Positions 54,997-64,000 of a stretch of 64,000 nt of DNA are shown here, piece by piece. The stretch comes from an uncultured Actinomycetes bacterium (lineage in GTDB: Bacteria > Actinomycetota > Thermoleophilia > Gaiellales > Gaiellaceae): NCBI GenBank assembly GCA_963729135.1, contig CAVSMT010000014.1, positions 216,609-280,608 on the forward strand. Direction: 5' to 3'. A program made the translations under genes and the position numbers. Below the pieces are notes generated by a model. It did no database searches and had not been told where the DNA came from. It was given only the letters and a program-made list of their open reading frames with translations. Numbering within the stretch: the stretch's first letter is position 1; every line of letters starts with the position of its first letter.

Positions 54997-57454
54997 GTGG
55001 AACGGTACGACCCGCACGCGATCGAGAGGAAATGGCAGGCGGTCTGGGACGAGGCCGGCGCGTTCGTGACGCCGAACCCGGACGACTCGCCGGCGGCCGA
55101 GGGGCGAGGGCGCGTACTACGTGCTCGAGATGCTCCCGTACCCGTCGGGCGAGCTGCACATGGGGCACGTCCTCAACTACACGCTCGGCGACGTCGTCTC
55201 CCACGTTCGCCGGCGCCGCGGCTGGTCGGTGCTGCGGCCGATGGGCTACGACGCGTTCGGCCTGCCCGCCGAGAACGCCGCGATCCGTGAGGGCCGCCAT
55301 CCGCGCGAGGTGACCGAGCGCAACATCGACGCGATCCGGACGCAGATCAAGCGGATGGGCTGGTCGATCGACTGGACCCGCGAGGTCTCGACCGCCGAGC
55401 CCGAGTACTACCGCTGGACGCAGTGGCTCTTCCTGCGCCTGCACGAGGCCGGGCTCGCGTACCGGAAGGCGGCGCCGGTCAAGTGGTGCCCGCACGACCA
55501 GACCGTGCTCGCGAACGAGCAGGTGATCGACGGGCGCTGCGAGCGCTGCGGCGCGGAGGTCGAGGCGCGCAACCTCGAGCAGTGGATGTTCAGGATCACC
55601 GACTACGCCGACGCACTGCTGGACGAGATGGCGCTGCTCGAGTCGTGGCCCGAGCGCGTTCTCGCGATGCAGCGCAACTGGATCGGCCGCTCCGAGGGCG
55701 CCGAGATCCGCTTCCGGATCGAGGGGCTCGACGAGGAGGTGCCGGTCTTCACGACGCGGCCGGACACGCTCTTCGGCGCGACGTTCTTCGTGTTCGCGCC
55801 GGAGCACCCGATCGTCGAGCGGCTGGCCGACGTCTCCCCGCACGCCGCGGAGCTGCGCGACTACGCGCGCCACACCGCCGCGAAGAAGGGCGAGGAGCGC
55901 GCCGCCAGCGAGGAGAAGACCGGCGTCTTCACCGGCTTCCACGCCGTGAACCCGGTCAACGACGCGCACATCCCGATCTGGATCGCGGACTACGTGCTGA
56001 TGGACTACGGCACGGGCGCGATCATGGGCGTCCCGGCGCACGACGAGCGCGACTTCGCGTTCGCGCAACGGTTCGGGCTGCCCGTCGTCCAGGTCGTCGC
56101 GCCGGCCGACGGCGAGGTCGACCCGGACACGGCGTACGTCGCCCACTCGGCCGACGAGGTGCTCGTCAACTCGGGCGAGTTCACCGGCCTGCCGGCGCCC
56201 GAGGGAAAGCGCGCGATCGTCGAATGGCTCGAGCGCGACGGTCGCGGCCGCTTCACGATCGGCTACCGGCTGCGCGACTGGCTGCTCTCGCGCCAGCGCT
56301 ACTGGGGCTGCCCGATCCCGGTCGTCCACTGCCAGCTCGACGGGATCGTCCCGATCCCGGACGACCAGTTGCCGGTGCTCCTCCCCGAGGTCGAGGACTA
56401 CGTACCGAAGGGCCGCTCGCCGCTCGCCGCGGCCGAGGACTGGGTGCACACGACGTGCCCGAAGTGCGGCGGCCCGGCGCTCCGCGAGACCGACACGATG
56501 GACACGTTCGTCGACTCGTCCTGGTACTTCCTCCGCTACACCGACCCCCGCAACGACGGGGCTCCGTTCGACCGCGCGATGGTCGACCACTGGCTGCCGG
56601 TCAACCAGTACATCGGCGGGATCGAGCACGCGATCCTGCACCTGATGTACGCGCGCTTCTTCACGAAGGCGCTGAACGACCTCGGCCTGCTCGGGTTCCG
56701 CGAGCCGTTCGCGCGGCTCTTCAACCAGGGGATGATCTACCGCTTCGGCGCGAAGATGTCGAAGTCGAAGGGCAACGTCGTCGCGCCCGACGAGCTGGTC
56801 GACCGCTTCGGCGCCGACGCGCTGCGGCTCTACATCCTCTTCATGGGCCCGGCCGACCAGGACAAGGAGTGGCAGGAGACCGGCGTCGAGGGGATGTCGA
56901 GGTTCCTGCAGCGGCTGTGGCGCGTCGTGCACGAGGAGCTAGAACGCGGCGGGCCGGCCGCGCCGGCGGTGACGACGGGGACGCCGCTCGCACGCAAGGC
57001 GCACGAGACGATCGCGAAGGTGAGCGACGACATCGAGCGCCGGTTCGTCTTCAACACGCCGGTGTCGGCCGTGATGGAGCTCGTGAACGAGATCTCGCGC
57101 GACCCGGACGACCCGGCGGCGCGCTTTGCCGTTACGACAGCGGTCTCGCTCATCCAGCCGTACGCACCGCACGCCGCCGAGGAGCTCTGGCAGCGGCTCG
57201 GCGGGTCGCGGCTCTGGGCCGAGCCGTGGCCGGTCGCCGACGACGCGCAGCTCCGCCGTGACGAGATCGAGCTCGTGCTGCAGGTGAACGGCAAGGTCCG
57301 CGACCGGATCCGGGTGCCGGCGGGGCTGCCGGACGAGGAGCTGATCGCGCTCGCGAAGTCCTCCGAGAAGGTGCGCGCGCACCTCGACGGCGGGGAGCCG
57401 CGGGCGTTCGTCGTCCCGGACAAGCTCGTGAACCTCGTCGTCGCGCGAGGCTGA
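54997..57454 (+). CDS. leuS: Leucine--tRNA ligase; one extra base near 55102-55105 breaks the frame as sequenced
   Basis: [19 protein letters not shown] is in frame 1. Frame 2 then carries [18 protein letters not shown] (HIGH), the CP1 editing region and KMSKS ([11 protein letters not shown]). Confidence 0.95.
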
Positions 57455-57499
57455 GCTCGAGGACCCGCACGCGCCCACGCCCGCCGGCGCCGCTACGGG

Positions 57500-57775
57500 T
57501 CAGCCGGCGATCACGTTCCGCACGCTCGCGGGCATCGGCCGGTCGGGCTCGACGCCCAGCTCCGTCAGGATCGGGACGAGCGTCGCCCCGAACGCCTCGA
57601 ACTGCTCCATCGACTCCCAGACGTCGAAGACCTGGATCGCGCCGTCGATCTCGAGCGCGACGTGGTAGCTGCGCCCGTCCGGCGCGCCGGCGCCCGCCTC
57701 CTCGAGACGTTTGATCGCCTCGTCGTATCGCTCCGGGGTGAACCCGGCCGGCGTGAAGTAGAGCCCGATCGCCAC
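57500..57775 (-). CDS. Small hypothetical protein (91 aa, alpha+beta)
   Basis: Clean ORF with good codon bias. No family recognised. Confidence 0.4.
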   Translation of the reverse strand: MAIGLYFTPAGFTPERYDEAIKRLEEAGAGAPDGRSYHVALEIDGAIQVFDVWESMEQFEAFGATLVPILTELGVEPDRPMPASVRNVIAG

Positions 57776-57924
57776 GCTGGTGCTCCTTCCCGCGCCCTTG
57801 GGACGCCGTTCGTCGGAGGTCGAGAGCCGAACGTACCGCAGGGGTCCCGCCGCCGATAGCGCCGGCGTTGATTTGTCACAGAGTTGGCACAGACGCGTGA
57901 CACTTCTCGAGGCACGCTCGATCG

Positions 57925-58539
57925 GTGCCCGCGCTCACCCTCACCCGCAAGCAGGCGCTCGCGCTCGCCGCCTGCGTCGTCGCGGCCGCGGTGCTCGCGG
58001 CGCACTTCTTCGGCGGCTCGGAGACGAGCTCCGCCTTGACGGAGGGGACCGGCGCGCCGGCGGTTCCCGGCCTGTCGCGGGCCGTCCTTGCGCACGGGTC
58101 GCCGGCGCTGGTCGTCGACGTCGCCGGGGCGGTCCGGCGGCCGGGGCTCTACCGCCTCGCGCGCGGCTCGCGGATCGCCGACGCGATCGCGCGCGCCGGC
58201 GGAGCGACACACGCCGCCGACACGCCCTCGGTGAACCTCGCCGCGCCCCTGGTGGACGGAGAGCAGGTGCTGATGCCGCGACGCGCCGGCCGCGGCTCGA
58301 GCGCCGCGGGTCCGGGCGGAGCCGCCGGAACGTCCTCGCATCCACCGCCGGTCGATCTGAACACCGCGACGGCCGACCAGCTCGACTCGCTACCGGGCAT
58401 CGGCCCCGTCACGGCCGAGAAGATCGTCGCGTACCGCGAGGCCCACGGCCCGTTCGTCTCGCTCGACGCGCTCGACGCGATCCCGGGCATCGGCCCGGCG
58501 CGGATCGCGAGCCTGCGGGGGCTGGTGGTGCAGCGATGA
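57925..58539 (+). CDS. comEA: Competence protein ComEA (SLBB + helix-hairpin-helix DNA-binding)
   Basis: N-terminal TM helix. [23 protein letters not shown], and a C-terminal [29 protein letters not shown]. Confidence 0.85.
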   Translation: MPALTLTRKQALALAACVVAAAVLAAHFFGGSETSSALTEGTGAPAVPGLSRAVLAHGSPALVVDVAGAVRRPGLYRLARGSRIADAIARAGGATHAADTPSVNLAAPLVDGEQVLMPRRAGRGSSAAGPGGAAGTSSHPPPVDLNTATADQLDSLPGIGPVTAEKIVAYREAHGPFVSLDALDAIPGIGPARIASLRGLVVQR

Positions 58540-59978
58540 CGTGGTCGCGCGTCCCGGCGGCGCACGTGCTCGTGGGAGCGCTCTGTCTCGGGCTCGCACT
58601 CGCGAACCTCGAGCGGGTGCATGTCGCGGCGCTCGCGGCGTCCGTCGCTGCCGCCTGCGCCCTCGCCGCGGTCGGCCCCCCGGGCGCGCGCCTGGCCGTC
58701 GTGGCCCTGGTCGTCGTGCTCGCCGGCTGGTGGTGGGCGAGCGTTCGCCTCGACGCGCTCGACCGGAGCCCGATGCTCCCCGAGGTCGGTCGCGCCGGCC
58801 GTGCCGTCGTCGTCGTGACGACACCGGCGACGCACGCGACCTTCGAGCTGCGGGCCCAGGGCCGGCTCCGGCGGTTCGAGGGCGCTCCCGTGAGCGAGCG
58901 AGTTCAGCTCGAGCTCCCGCTCGGCCGCTCACCTCCTCAGGGTGCGGTCATCGACGCGCTCGCCGTCGTCGACCTCCCGCGCGGGCCCGAGCACGGGTTC
59001 GACGAGCGGACGTGGCTGCGCCGCCACGGCGTCCACGTCGTGCTGCACGTCGACGCCTGGCGGCAGGTCGGCCGACGCGGCGGCGTTGGAGGCGTCGCCG
59101 ACCGGCTCAGATCGCACCTTGCCAACTCGATCGCGCCCGGGTTGACCGGAGAGCGGCGCGCGGTCCTCGAAGGCATCGTGCTCGGCGACGACGCGGCTCT
59201 CCCGACCAACCTGCGTCACGACTTCCGGGCCTCGGGCCTCTACCACCTGCTCGCCGTCTCGGGCCAGAACGTCGCGCTCGTCGCGGCCGGCGCGCTCGTG
59301 CTCGCATGGCTGCTCGGTCTCCAGCGGTGGCTGGGCGAGCTCGGGGCGCTGGCGGGAATCGGCGCGTACGTGCTCGCGGTCGGCCCGCAGCCGTCGGTGA
59401 TCCGGGCGGGGATCGCGGGCTCGCTCGCGTCGCTCGCGTGGCTGACGGGTCGACTCCGCGATGCGTGGTACGCCCTTCTGCTCGGCGCGGTCGCGCTGCT
59501 CGCATGGAACCCGTACCTGATCTACGACCCTGGCTTCGAGCTCTCCTTCGCGGCGGTCGCGGCGATCTTCCTGCTGGCGCCGCGGCTCGCCCGCCGCCTC
59601 GAGGGCTACCCGCTGCCGAGAAGCCTCCGGCTCGTCGTCGCGATCTCGACCGCGTGCGGGCTCGTCACCGCGCCGATCCTCTGGCTCCAGTTCGGAGCGC
59701 TGCCGCTCCTCGGCGTGCCGGCGAACGTGCTCGCGGAGCCGGCGATGCCGGCGCTGCTCGGCCTCGCGTTCGCGACGGCGGCGCTCGACGCCTTCTCGCC
59801 GGGCGCGGCCGCCGTACTCGCGTGGGTCAACGGCTGGTTCGCCGCCTACATCGCCCTCTGCGCCCGCGTCGTCGGCTCGCTCCCGTTCGCGCAGGTGCAC
59901 CGCCCCGAGAGCCTCGCCGCGCTCGCCGGCACGCTCCTTCTCGCCGCCTATGCTTGGCGGCGATGGCCGAGGAGCTGA
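58536..59978 (+). CDS. comEC: ComEC/Rec2 family competence channel (about 480 aa; no metallo-beta-lactamase domain)
   Basis: ATGA overlap with comEA. Polytopic membrane protein. [20 protein letters not shown] is the competence-domain signature. Confidence 0.8.
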   Translation: MTWSRVPAAHVLVGALCLGLALANLERVHVAALAASVAAACALAAVGPPGARLAVVALVVVLAGWWWASVRLDALDRSPMLPEVGRAGRAVVVVTTPATHATFELRAQGRLRRFEGAPVSERVQLELPLGRSPPQGAVIDALAVVDLPRGPEHGFDERTWLRRHGVHVVLHVDAWRQVGRRGGVGGVADRLRSHLANSIAPGLTGERRAVLEGIVLGDDAALPTNLRHDFRASGLYHLLAVSGQNVALVAAGALVLAWLLGLQRWLGELGALAGIGAYVLAVGPQPSVIRAGIAGSLASLAWLTGRLRDAWYALLLGAVALLAWNPYLIYDPGFELSFAAVAAIFLLAPRLARRLEGYPLPRSLRLVVAISTACGLVTAPILWLQFGALPLLGVPANVLAEPAMPALLGLAFATAALDAFSPGAAAVLAWVNGWFAAYIALCARVVGSLPFAQVHRPESLAALAGTLLLAAYAWRRWPRS

Positions 59979-60928
59979 AGCCCGCGTACCTGCTCGCTGG
60001 GAACGATCGGCCGAAGGTCGACCGCGCGCTCCAGCGCCTGCGCGGGCGGTTCGCGGCCGACGCGGTCGAGTCCCACGCGGCCTCCGAGACGCCCGGCGCC
60101 GACGCGGTCGCGGCCTGCAACGCCCTCGCGCTCTTCGCCGGCGACGGGCGGCTCGTCGTCGTCGACGGTGTCGAGACGTGGAAGGCCGACGACGCGAAGG
60201 CGGTTGCCGCGTACCTGAAGGAGCCCGCGCCCGCGACCACGCTCGCGCTCGTCGGGGGCGAGCTCAAGAAGGACGCTCCGATCGCGAAGGCGGTCGCCGC
60301 CGCAGGCGAGGTCCGCATCTGGGACGTCGCGCAGCGCGGGCTCACAGCCTGGGTCGGCGAGCAGTTCAAGCTCCACGGCGCGAGCGCCGAGCCCGAGGCG
60401 TGCCGCGCGCTGATCGAGCTCGTCGGCGACGACCTGTACGAGCTCGCGACCGAGGTCGACAAGCTCGCCGTGTGGGCCGCCGGCGATCGCGTCACGCTCG
60501 CGGACGTCGAGACGCTCGTCGCCGCACGCGCCGAGGCGACGAGCTTCGCGCTCACCGACGCGTGGGGCGAGCGCGACCTCGCCTCGGCGCTCGTCGCCGC
60601 GGAGGCGATGCTCGAGCGCTCGGCCGACCCGCGCTCGCGCACGGTCCCGCGCATCGTCGGCATCCTCACGAGCCACGTCGCACGCGTCCGCACCTGCCAG
60701 GCGCTCGAGGCCGAGGGCCTGTCCGCAAAGGACGCCGCCGGCCGCATGAAGCAGCACCCGTTCTACGTCCAGAAGCTCTTCGCGCAGGCGCGGAACTTCA
60801 GCCCGGACGAGCTCCGGCACGCGACGGTCAGCCTCGCCGCGCTCGATCACGCGCTCAAGGGCGGCTCGCGCCTCCCGCTCGACCTCGAGCTCGAGCGCGC
60901 GCTGATCGACATCACCGCCGCGCGATAG
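59963..60928 (+). CDS. holA: DNA polymerase III delta subunit
   Basis: It follows comEC as in Gram-positive genomes. PAYLLAGND..LFAGDGRLVVVDGVE and a helical C-terminal domain. Confidence 0.75.
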   Translation: MAEELKPAYLLAGNDRPKVDRALQRLRGRFAADAVESHAASETPGADAVAACNALALFAGDGRLVVVDGVETWKADDAKAVAAYLKEPAPATTLALVGGELKKDAPIAKAVAAAGEVRIWDVAQRGLTAWVGEQFKLHGASAEPEACRALIELVGDDLYELATEVDKLAVWAAGDRVTLADVETLVAARAEATSFALTDAWGERDLASALVAAEAMLERSADPRSRTVPRIVGILTSHVARVRTCQALEAEGLSAKDAAGRMKQHPFYVQKLFAQARNFSPDELRHATVSLAALDHALKGGSRLPLDLELERALIDITAAR

Positions 60929-61057
60929 CCACGCTGGCGCCGCTGGTCGTCGTGGACTACCGCGCGACCGAGTACCGCGACGACAGGACCGGCTACGCGG
61001 AGGCGAAGGACGACTTCGGCGACGAAGCGCCCGGTCTAGCGCGACGGCCGCTGAGCT

Positions 61058-61321
61058 CTACGCGCGGGGCGAGACGAGCCGCGCCGCCTGCGACTTCTTG
61101 CGGGCGGCGGCGTTCCGGTGCAGGGCGCCGCGCGTGACGGCCCGGTCGATCATCCGGACGAGGCCCTTGAACTCGGTCTCGACCGTCTCGGCGTCGCCGT
61201 CCTCGACCGCCGTCGCGAGGCGCTTCGTGAGCGTCTTGATCGTCGAGCGGTAGCGCAGGTTCTCGAGCCGCTCGGCGGCGGCGGTGCGGACGCGCTTCTT
61301 CTGCTGCTTGATGTTCGGCAT
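61058..61321 (-). CDS. rpsT: 30S ribosomal protein S20
   Basis: MPNIKQQKKRVRTAAAERLENLRYRSTIKTLTKR. Confidence 0.9.
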   Translation of the reverse strand: MPNIKQQKKRVRTAAAERLENLRYRSTIKTLTKRLATAVEDGDAETVETEFKGLVRMIDRAVTRGALHRNAAARKKSQAARLVSPRA

Positions 61322-61393
61322 CTCGTGAAAACGCCCGCATCGGCGGGCTCGGCGATGGTACCAGAGCGGCGTTTCCCGGCCGCGCCGCCGCGT

Positions 61394-63017
61394 ATGGTGG
61401 GCCGCGTGCACGAGACGGGCACCGGCGGTCCCGCCGACGCTCCGCCGCCGCCGGCCGTGGCCGCCGCGCACCGGCGCCGGCTCGCGCTCTCGACCGCGAT
61501 CTTCTCGGTCGCGACCGGCCTCTCGCGCGTGCTCGGGCTCGTGCGCGAGATCGTCAGCGCCTACTACTTCGGCACCGCCGGCAAGATCAACGCCTTCACG
61601 ATCGCGTTCCAGGTGCCGAACCTGGTCCGCGCGCTCGTCGCGGACTCGGCGGTCTCCTCGGCGTTCGTGCCGGTCTTCAGCGGCCTGCTCGAGAAGGGCG
61701 AGCGGCAGCGCGCATGGCGCGTCGCCTCGTCGGTCTTCTGGCTGCTCCTCCTCGGCCTGAGCGGCCTGACCGCGTTCCTGATGCTGATCGCGCCGCTCGT
61801 GCTCGCGCCGTTCGGCGAGCCGCCCGGCTACTCCGACCTCGCCGTCACGCTCTCGCGGATCCTGTTCCCGACCGTCGGGCTGCTCGGCGTCTCCGGGATC
61901 ATCGTCGGGATCCTGAACTCGTACGACGAGTTCACGATCCCGGCGCTCGCGCCCGTCGCGTGGAACCTCGCGATCATCGCCGGCCTCGTGCTCGGCGTCC
62001 CGCGCGCGAACTCCGCCGACGCGCAGCTGTACGTCTACGCCGGGGCCGGTGCTCGTCGGGACCGTGATCCAGGTGCTGCTGCCGGTGCCGTGGCTGCGCG
62101 GCCTCGACGGCCGGCTCCGGGTCGCGATCGACTGGCGCGACCCCGCCGTGAAGCAGGTGTTCCTGCTGATGGTGCCGGTGACGATCAGCCTCGGCCTGAT
62201 CAACTTCAACGCCGTCATCGACGTGCTCTTCGCCTCGCGGCTGATCGACCCGAGGCTCGCGCCGGCCTCGATCGACAAGGCGTTTCGGCTCTACATGCTC
62301 CCGCAGGGGATGTTCTCGGTCGCGGTCGCGACGGTGCTCTTCCCGTCTCTGTCGCGCGCCGCCGCGCGGGCCGACATGGACGACTTCCGCCGGACGCTCT
62401 CGACCGGCCTGCGCTGGATCGCCTTCCTGCTCATCCCCGCGAGCGTCGCACTCGCCGTCCTCGCTGCGCCGATCGTGCGGCTGCTCTACCAGCACGGCCG
62501 GTTCACCGGCCACCAGACGGTCGTCGTCGCGGGCGCGCTCGCCGCGTTCGCGGCCGGGCTGACGTTCAACGGGACGATGCTGATGCTGAACCGCGCGTTC
62601 TTCAGCCTGCAGTCGAACTGGATCCCGACGGCGGTCGCGCTCCTGAACCTCGGGATCAACGCGGTGCTCGACGCCGCGTTCTACCGCCTCGGCGTGTGGG
62701 GGATCCCGCTCTCGACGTCGCTCGTGAACCTCGCCGGCACGGCGGCGCTGCTGGTGCTGCTGCGGCGCCGGATCGGCCCGATCGGCTTCACGGCGATCGC
62801 GGGGCAGACGGGCCGCGTGCTCGCCGCGTCCGCCGCGCTCGCCGTCGTTGCGTTCGGCGTGTGGCGCGCGCTCGACGACGCGCTCGGGCGCTCGCTCGTC
62901 GGGCAGCTCGTCTCGCTCGGCGTCGCCCTCGCCGCGGCGGGGCTCGTGTACCTCGGCGCGTGCCGCCTCGCGCGCGTCCGCGAGCTCGACACGCTGCTCG
63001 CGCTGCGCCGCTCCTGA
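61394..63017 (+). CDS. murJ: Lipid II flippase MurJ (MviN); frame break near 62040-62048
   Basis: GLSRVLGLVREIVSAYYFGTAGKINAFTIAFQVPNLVRAL is in frame 2. After the shift the protein reads VLVGTVIQVLLPVPWL..MLPQGMFSVAVATVLFPSLS.. Confidence 0.85.
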
Positions 63018-63081
63018 GTCTCAGCGCGCTCTCAGGTTGCTCTCACCGCTCGTTCATGACCGGCCGCGAGAGTGGCCGGCG

Positions 63082-64000
63082 ATGGAGACGACCCTCGCAT
63101 CCACGGCGGCCCGTCCGGCGGCGGTCCCGCGCCCACATCGCGCCCACGCCGTGCTCGTCGGCTCGGCGCTCGCCGTCGTCGCCGTCGGGAACGCGGCCGC
63201 GATCGTCTGGCTCTGGTACCACGGCGGGAACGTCACGAAGGTGCACTCGACAGGGCGAGCTCCTCACGAGCATCGCCCGGATCACCGGGCTCCTCGGCGC
63301 GTACCTCGCGCTCGATCCAGGTGCTGCTGCTCGCGCGGCTGCCGGCGCTCGAGCGGCTGCGTCGGCTTCGACCGGCTCGACGGTCTGGCACCGCTGGAAC
63401 GGCACGCCTGCCTCTGGCTGATCCTCGCCCACGTCTTCTTCTCGGTCTGGGGCTACGCCGACGATGGACCGGCTCACGCGTCGGCAAGGAGATCTCGACG
63501 ATGATCTGGGGCGGCGTCTACCCGGGGATGATCATCGCGACGATCGGCACCGCCCTGTTCATCGCCGTCGTCGTCACGCTCGATCGTGATCGTCCGCCGC
63601 CGGCTCGACTACGTGGCCTGGTACGCTGGTCCACCTCACCGCGTACGCGGCGATCGCGCTCGGCTGGTTCCACCAGATCCCGACCGGCAACGAGCTCGTG
63701 CTCGACAAGGTCGCGGCCGACTACTGGAAGAGCCTCTACCTCGCGACGCTCGCGATCCTGCTCGCCTTCCGCGTCGCGCTTCCGATCGTGGACGCGTTCC
63801 GCTACCGGCTGCGCGTCGCCGAGGTCGTCCCCGAGGGGCCCGGGCGTCGTCTCGCTGCGGATCGACCGGCCGCGGCCTCGACCGGCTGCAGGCGCGCGGC
63901 GGGCAGTTCTTCCTCTGGCGCTTCCTCACCCGGCGCGGCGTGGTGGGAGGCGCACCCGTTCTCGCTCTCGGCCGCGCCCGACGGCCACTCGCTCCGGATC
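63082..64000 (+). CDS. Ferric reductase-like transmembrane + FAD-binding oxidoreductase; several frame breaks; 3' end outside window
   Basis: Conserved pieces are spread over three frames: GELLTSIARITGLLGAYLAL, VWHRWNG, CLWLILAHVFFSVWGYA, FHQIPTGNELV, GQFFLWRFLT and HPFSLSAAPDGHSLRI. Confidence 0.6.

Noticed and set aside
57879-57915. Sigma-54-like TGGCAC element and TGTCAC..GTGACA repeat upstream of comEA.
   Set aside because: The -12 element (TTGC) is absent at the correct spacing. High-GC Gram-positive bacteria generally lack sigma-54. The 6-bp repeat with a 17-nt spacer is weak evidence on its own.
60929-61057. Possible small acidic ORF (..VDYRATEYRDDRTGYAEAKDDFGDEAPG..) between holA and rpsT.
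   Set aside because: There is no RBS, the ORF runs on into the antisense of rpsT, and no family signature is present. It is probably non-coding spacer read in an open GC-rich frame.
1-64000. CRISPR arrays, transposases, integrases, rRNA genes, restriction-modification or known defence-system signatures.
   Set aside because: Scanning the translations and the nucleotide sequence by eye found no direct-repeat/spacer arrays, no DDE or tyrosine/serine recombinase motifs, and no recognisable defence-gene motifs. Absence cannot be proven without profile searches.

Overview
This is a high-GC chromosomal window (roughly 70-75 % GC by eye) with Gram-positive/actinobacterial-type housekeeping synteny. 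All family names come from motifs I could read in the translations; no database search was run.

Gene content, left to right:
- Sensor kinase (5' partial), then rsmD-coaD-(DivIVA/SepIVA-like)-yceD-rpmF-plsX-acpP-rnc-smc.
- About 6 kb of accessory genes between smc and ftsY: an ANT(2'')-like nucleotidyltransferase, secreted proteins, an MFS exporter, DUF5661, an M15 peptidase and a tandem-repeat secreted protein.
- ftsY, DUF389, a CBS protein, F420-type oxidoreductases, DUF5995, an MFS-like protein, a threonine-dehydratase-like enzyme, FIST, hyuA/hyuB and a K+ channel.
- A patchwork flagellar locus: orphan fliJ, a 5'-truncated flagellin, an FAD oxidase and a CHAP hydrolase, then flgK-flgL-fliW-csrA-fliC in canonical order on the minus strand, and a fliN fragment.
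- HDOD-GGDEF, an S53 protease, a lower-GC decayed stretch and two tandem tRNA-Ser genes.
- PLDc_N/SHOCT, PPOX, HMG-CoA lyase, YyaL, GGDEF/HD-GYP, a LysM-SLT hydrolase, fbiC, a GyrI-like/HIRAN pair, TIGR03118-like, lysA, MarR-GNAT, leuS, comEA-comEC-holA, rpsT, murJ and a ferric-reductase-like gene (3' partial).

I recognised no transposase, integrase, CRISPR array or rRNA.

Two caveats:
- Many long ORFs in the six-frame track are antisense or off-frame GC artefacts.
- About 19 frame breaks across roughly 14 genes, including essential ones (plsX, smc, leuS, murJ), are caused by single-base shifts. I annotate these genes across the breaks.

Most interesting observations:
- An inverted pair of flagellin genes, one expressed-type and one a promoterless 5'-truncated cassette, brackets a 2.26-kb segment.
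- The flagellar locus has sharp chimeric junctions.
- A 22-bp palindrome occurs twice, once as an apparent in-frame insertion in hyuB.
- SMC has half-length coiled-coil arms.
- A terminator/antiterminator leader lies in front of leuS.
- A GyrI-like gene and a HIRAN gene form a translationally coupled pair.
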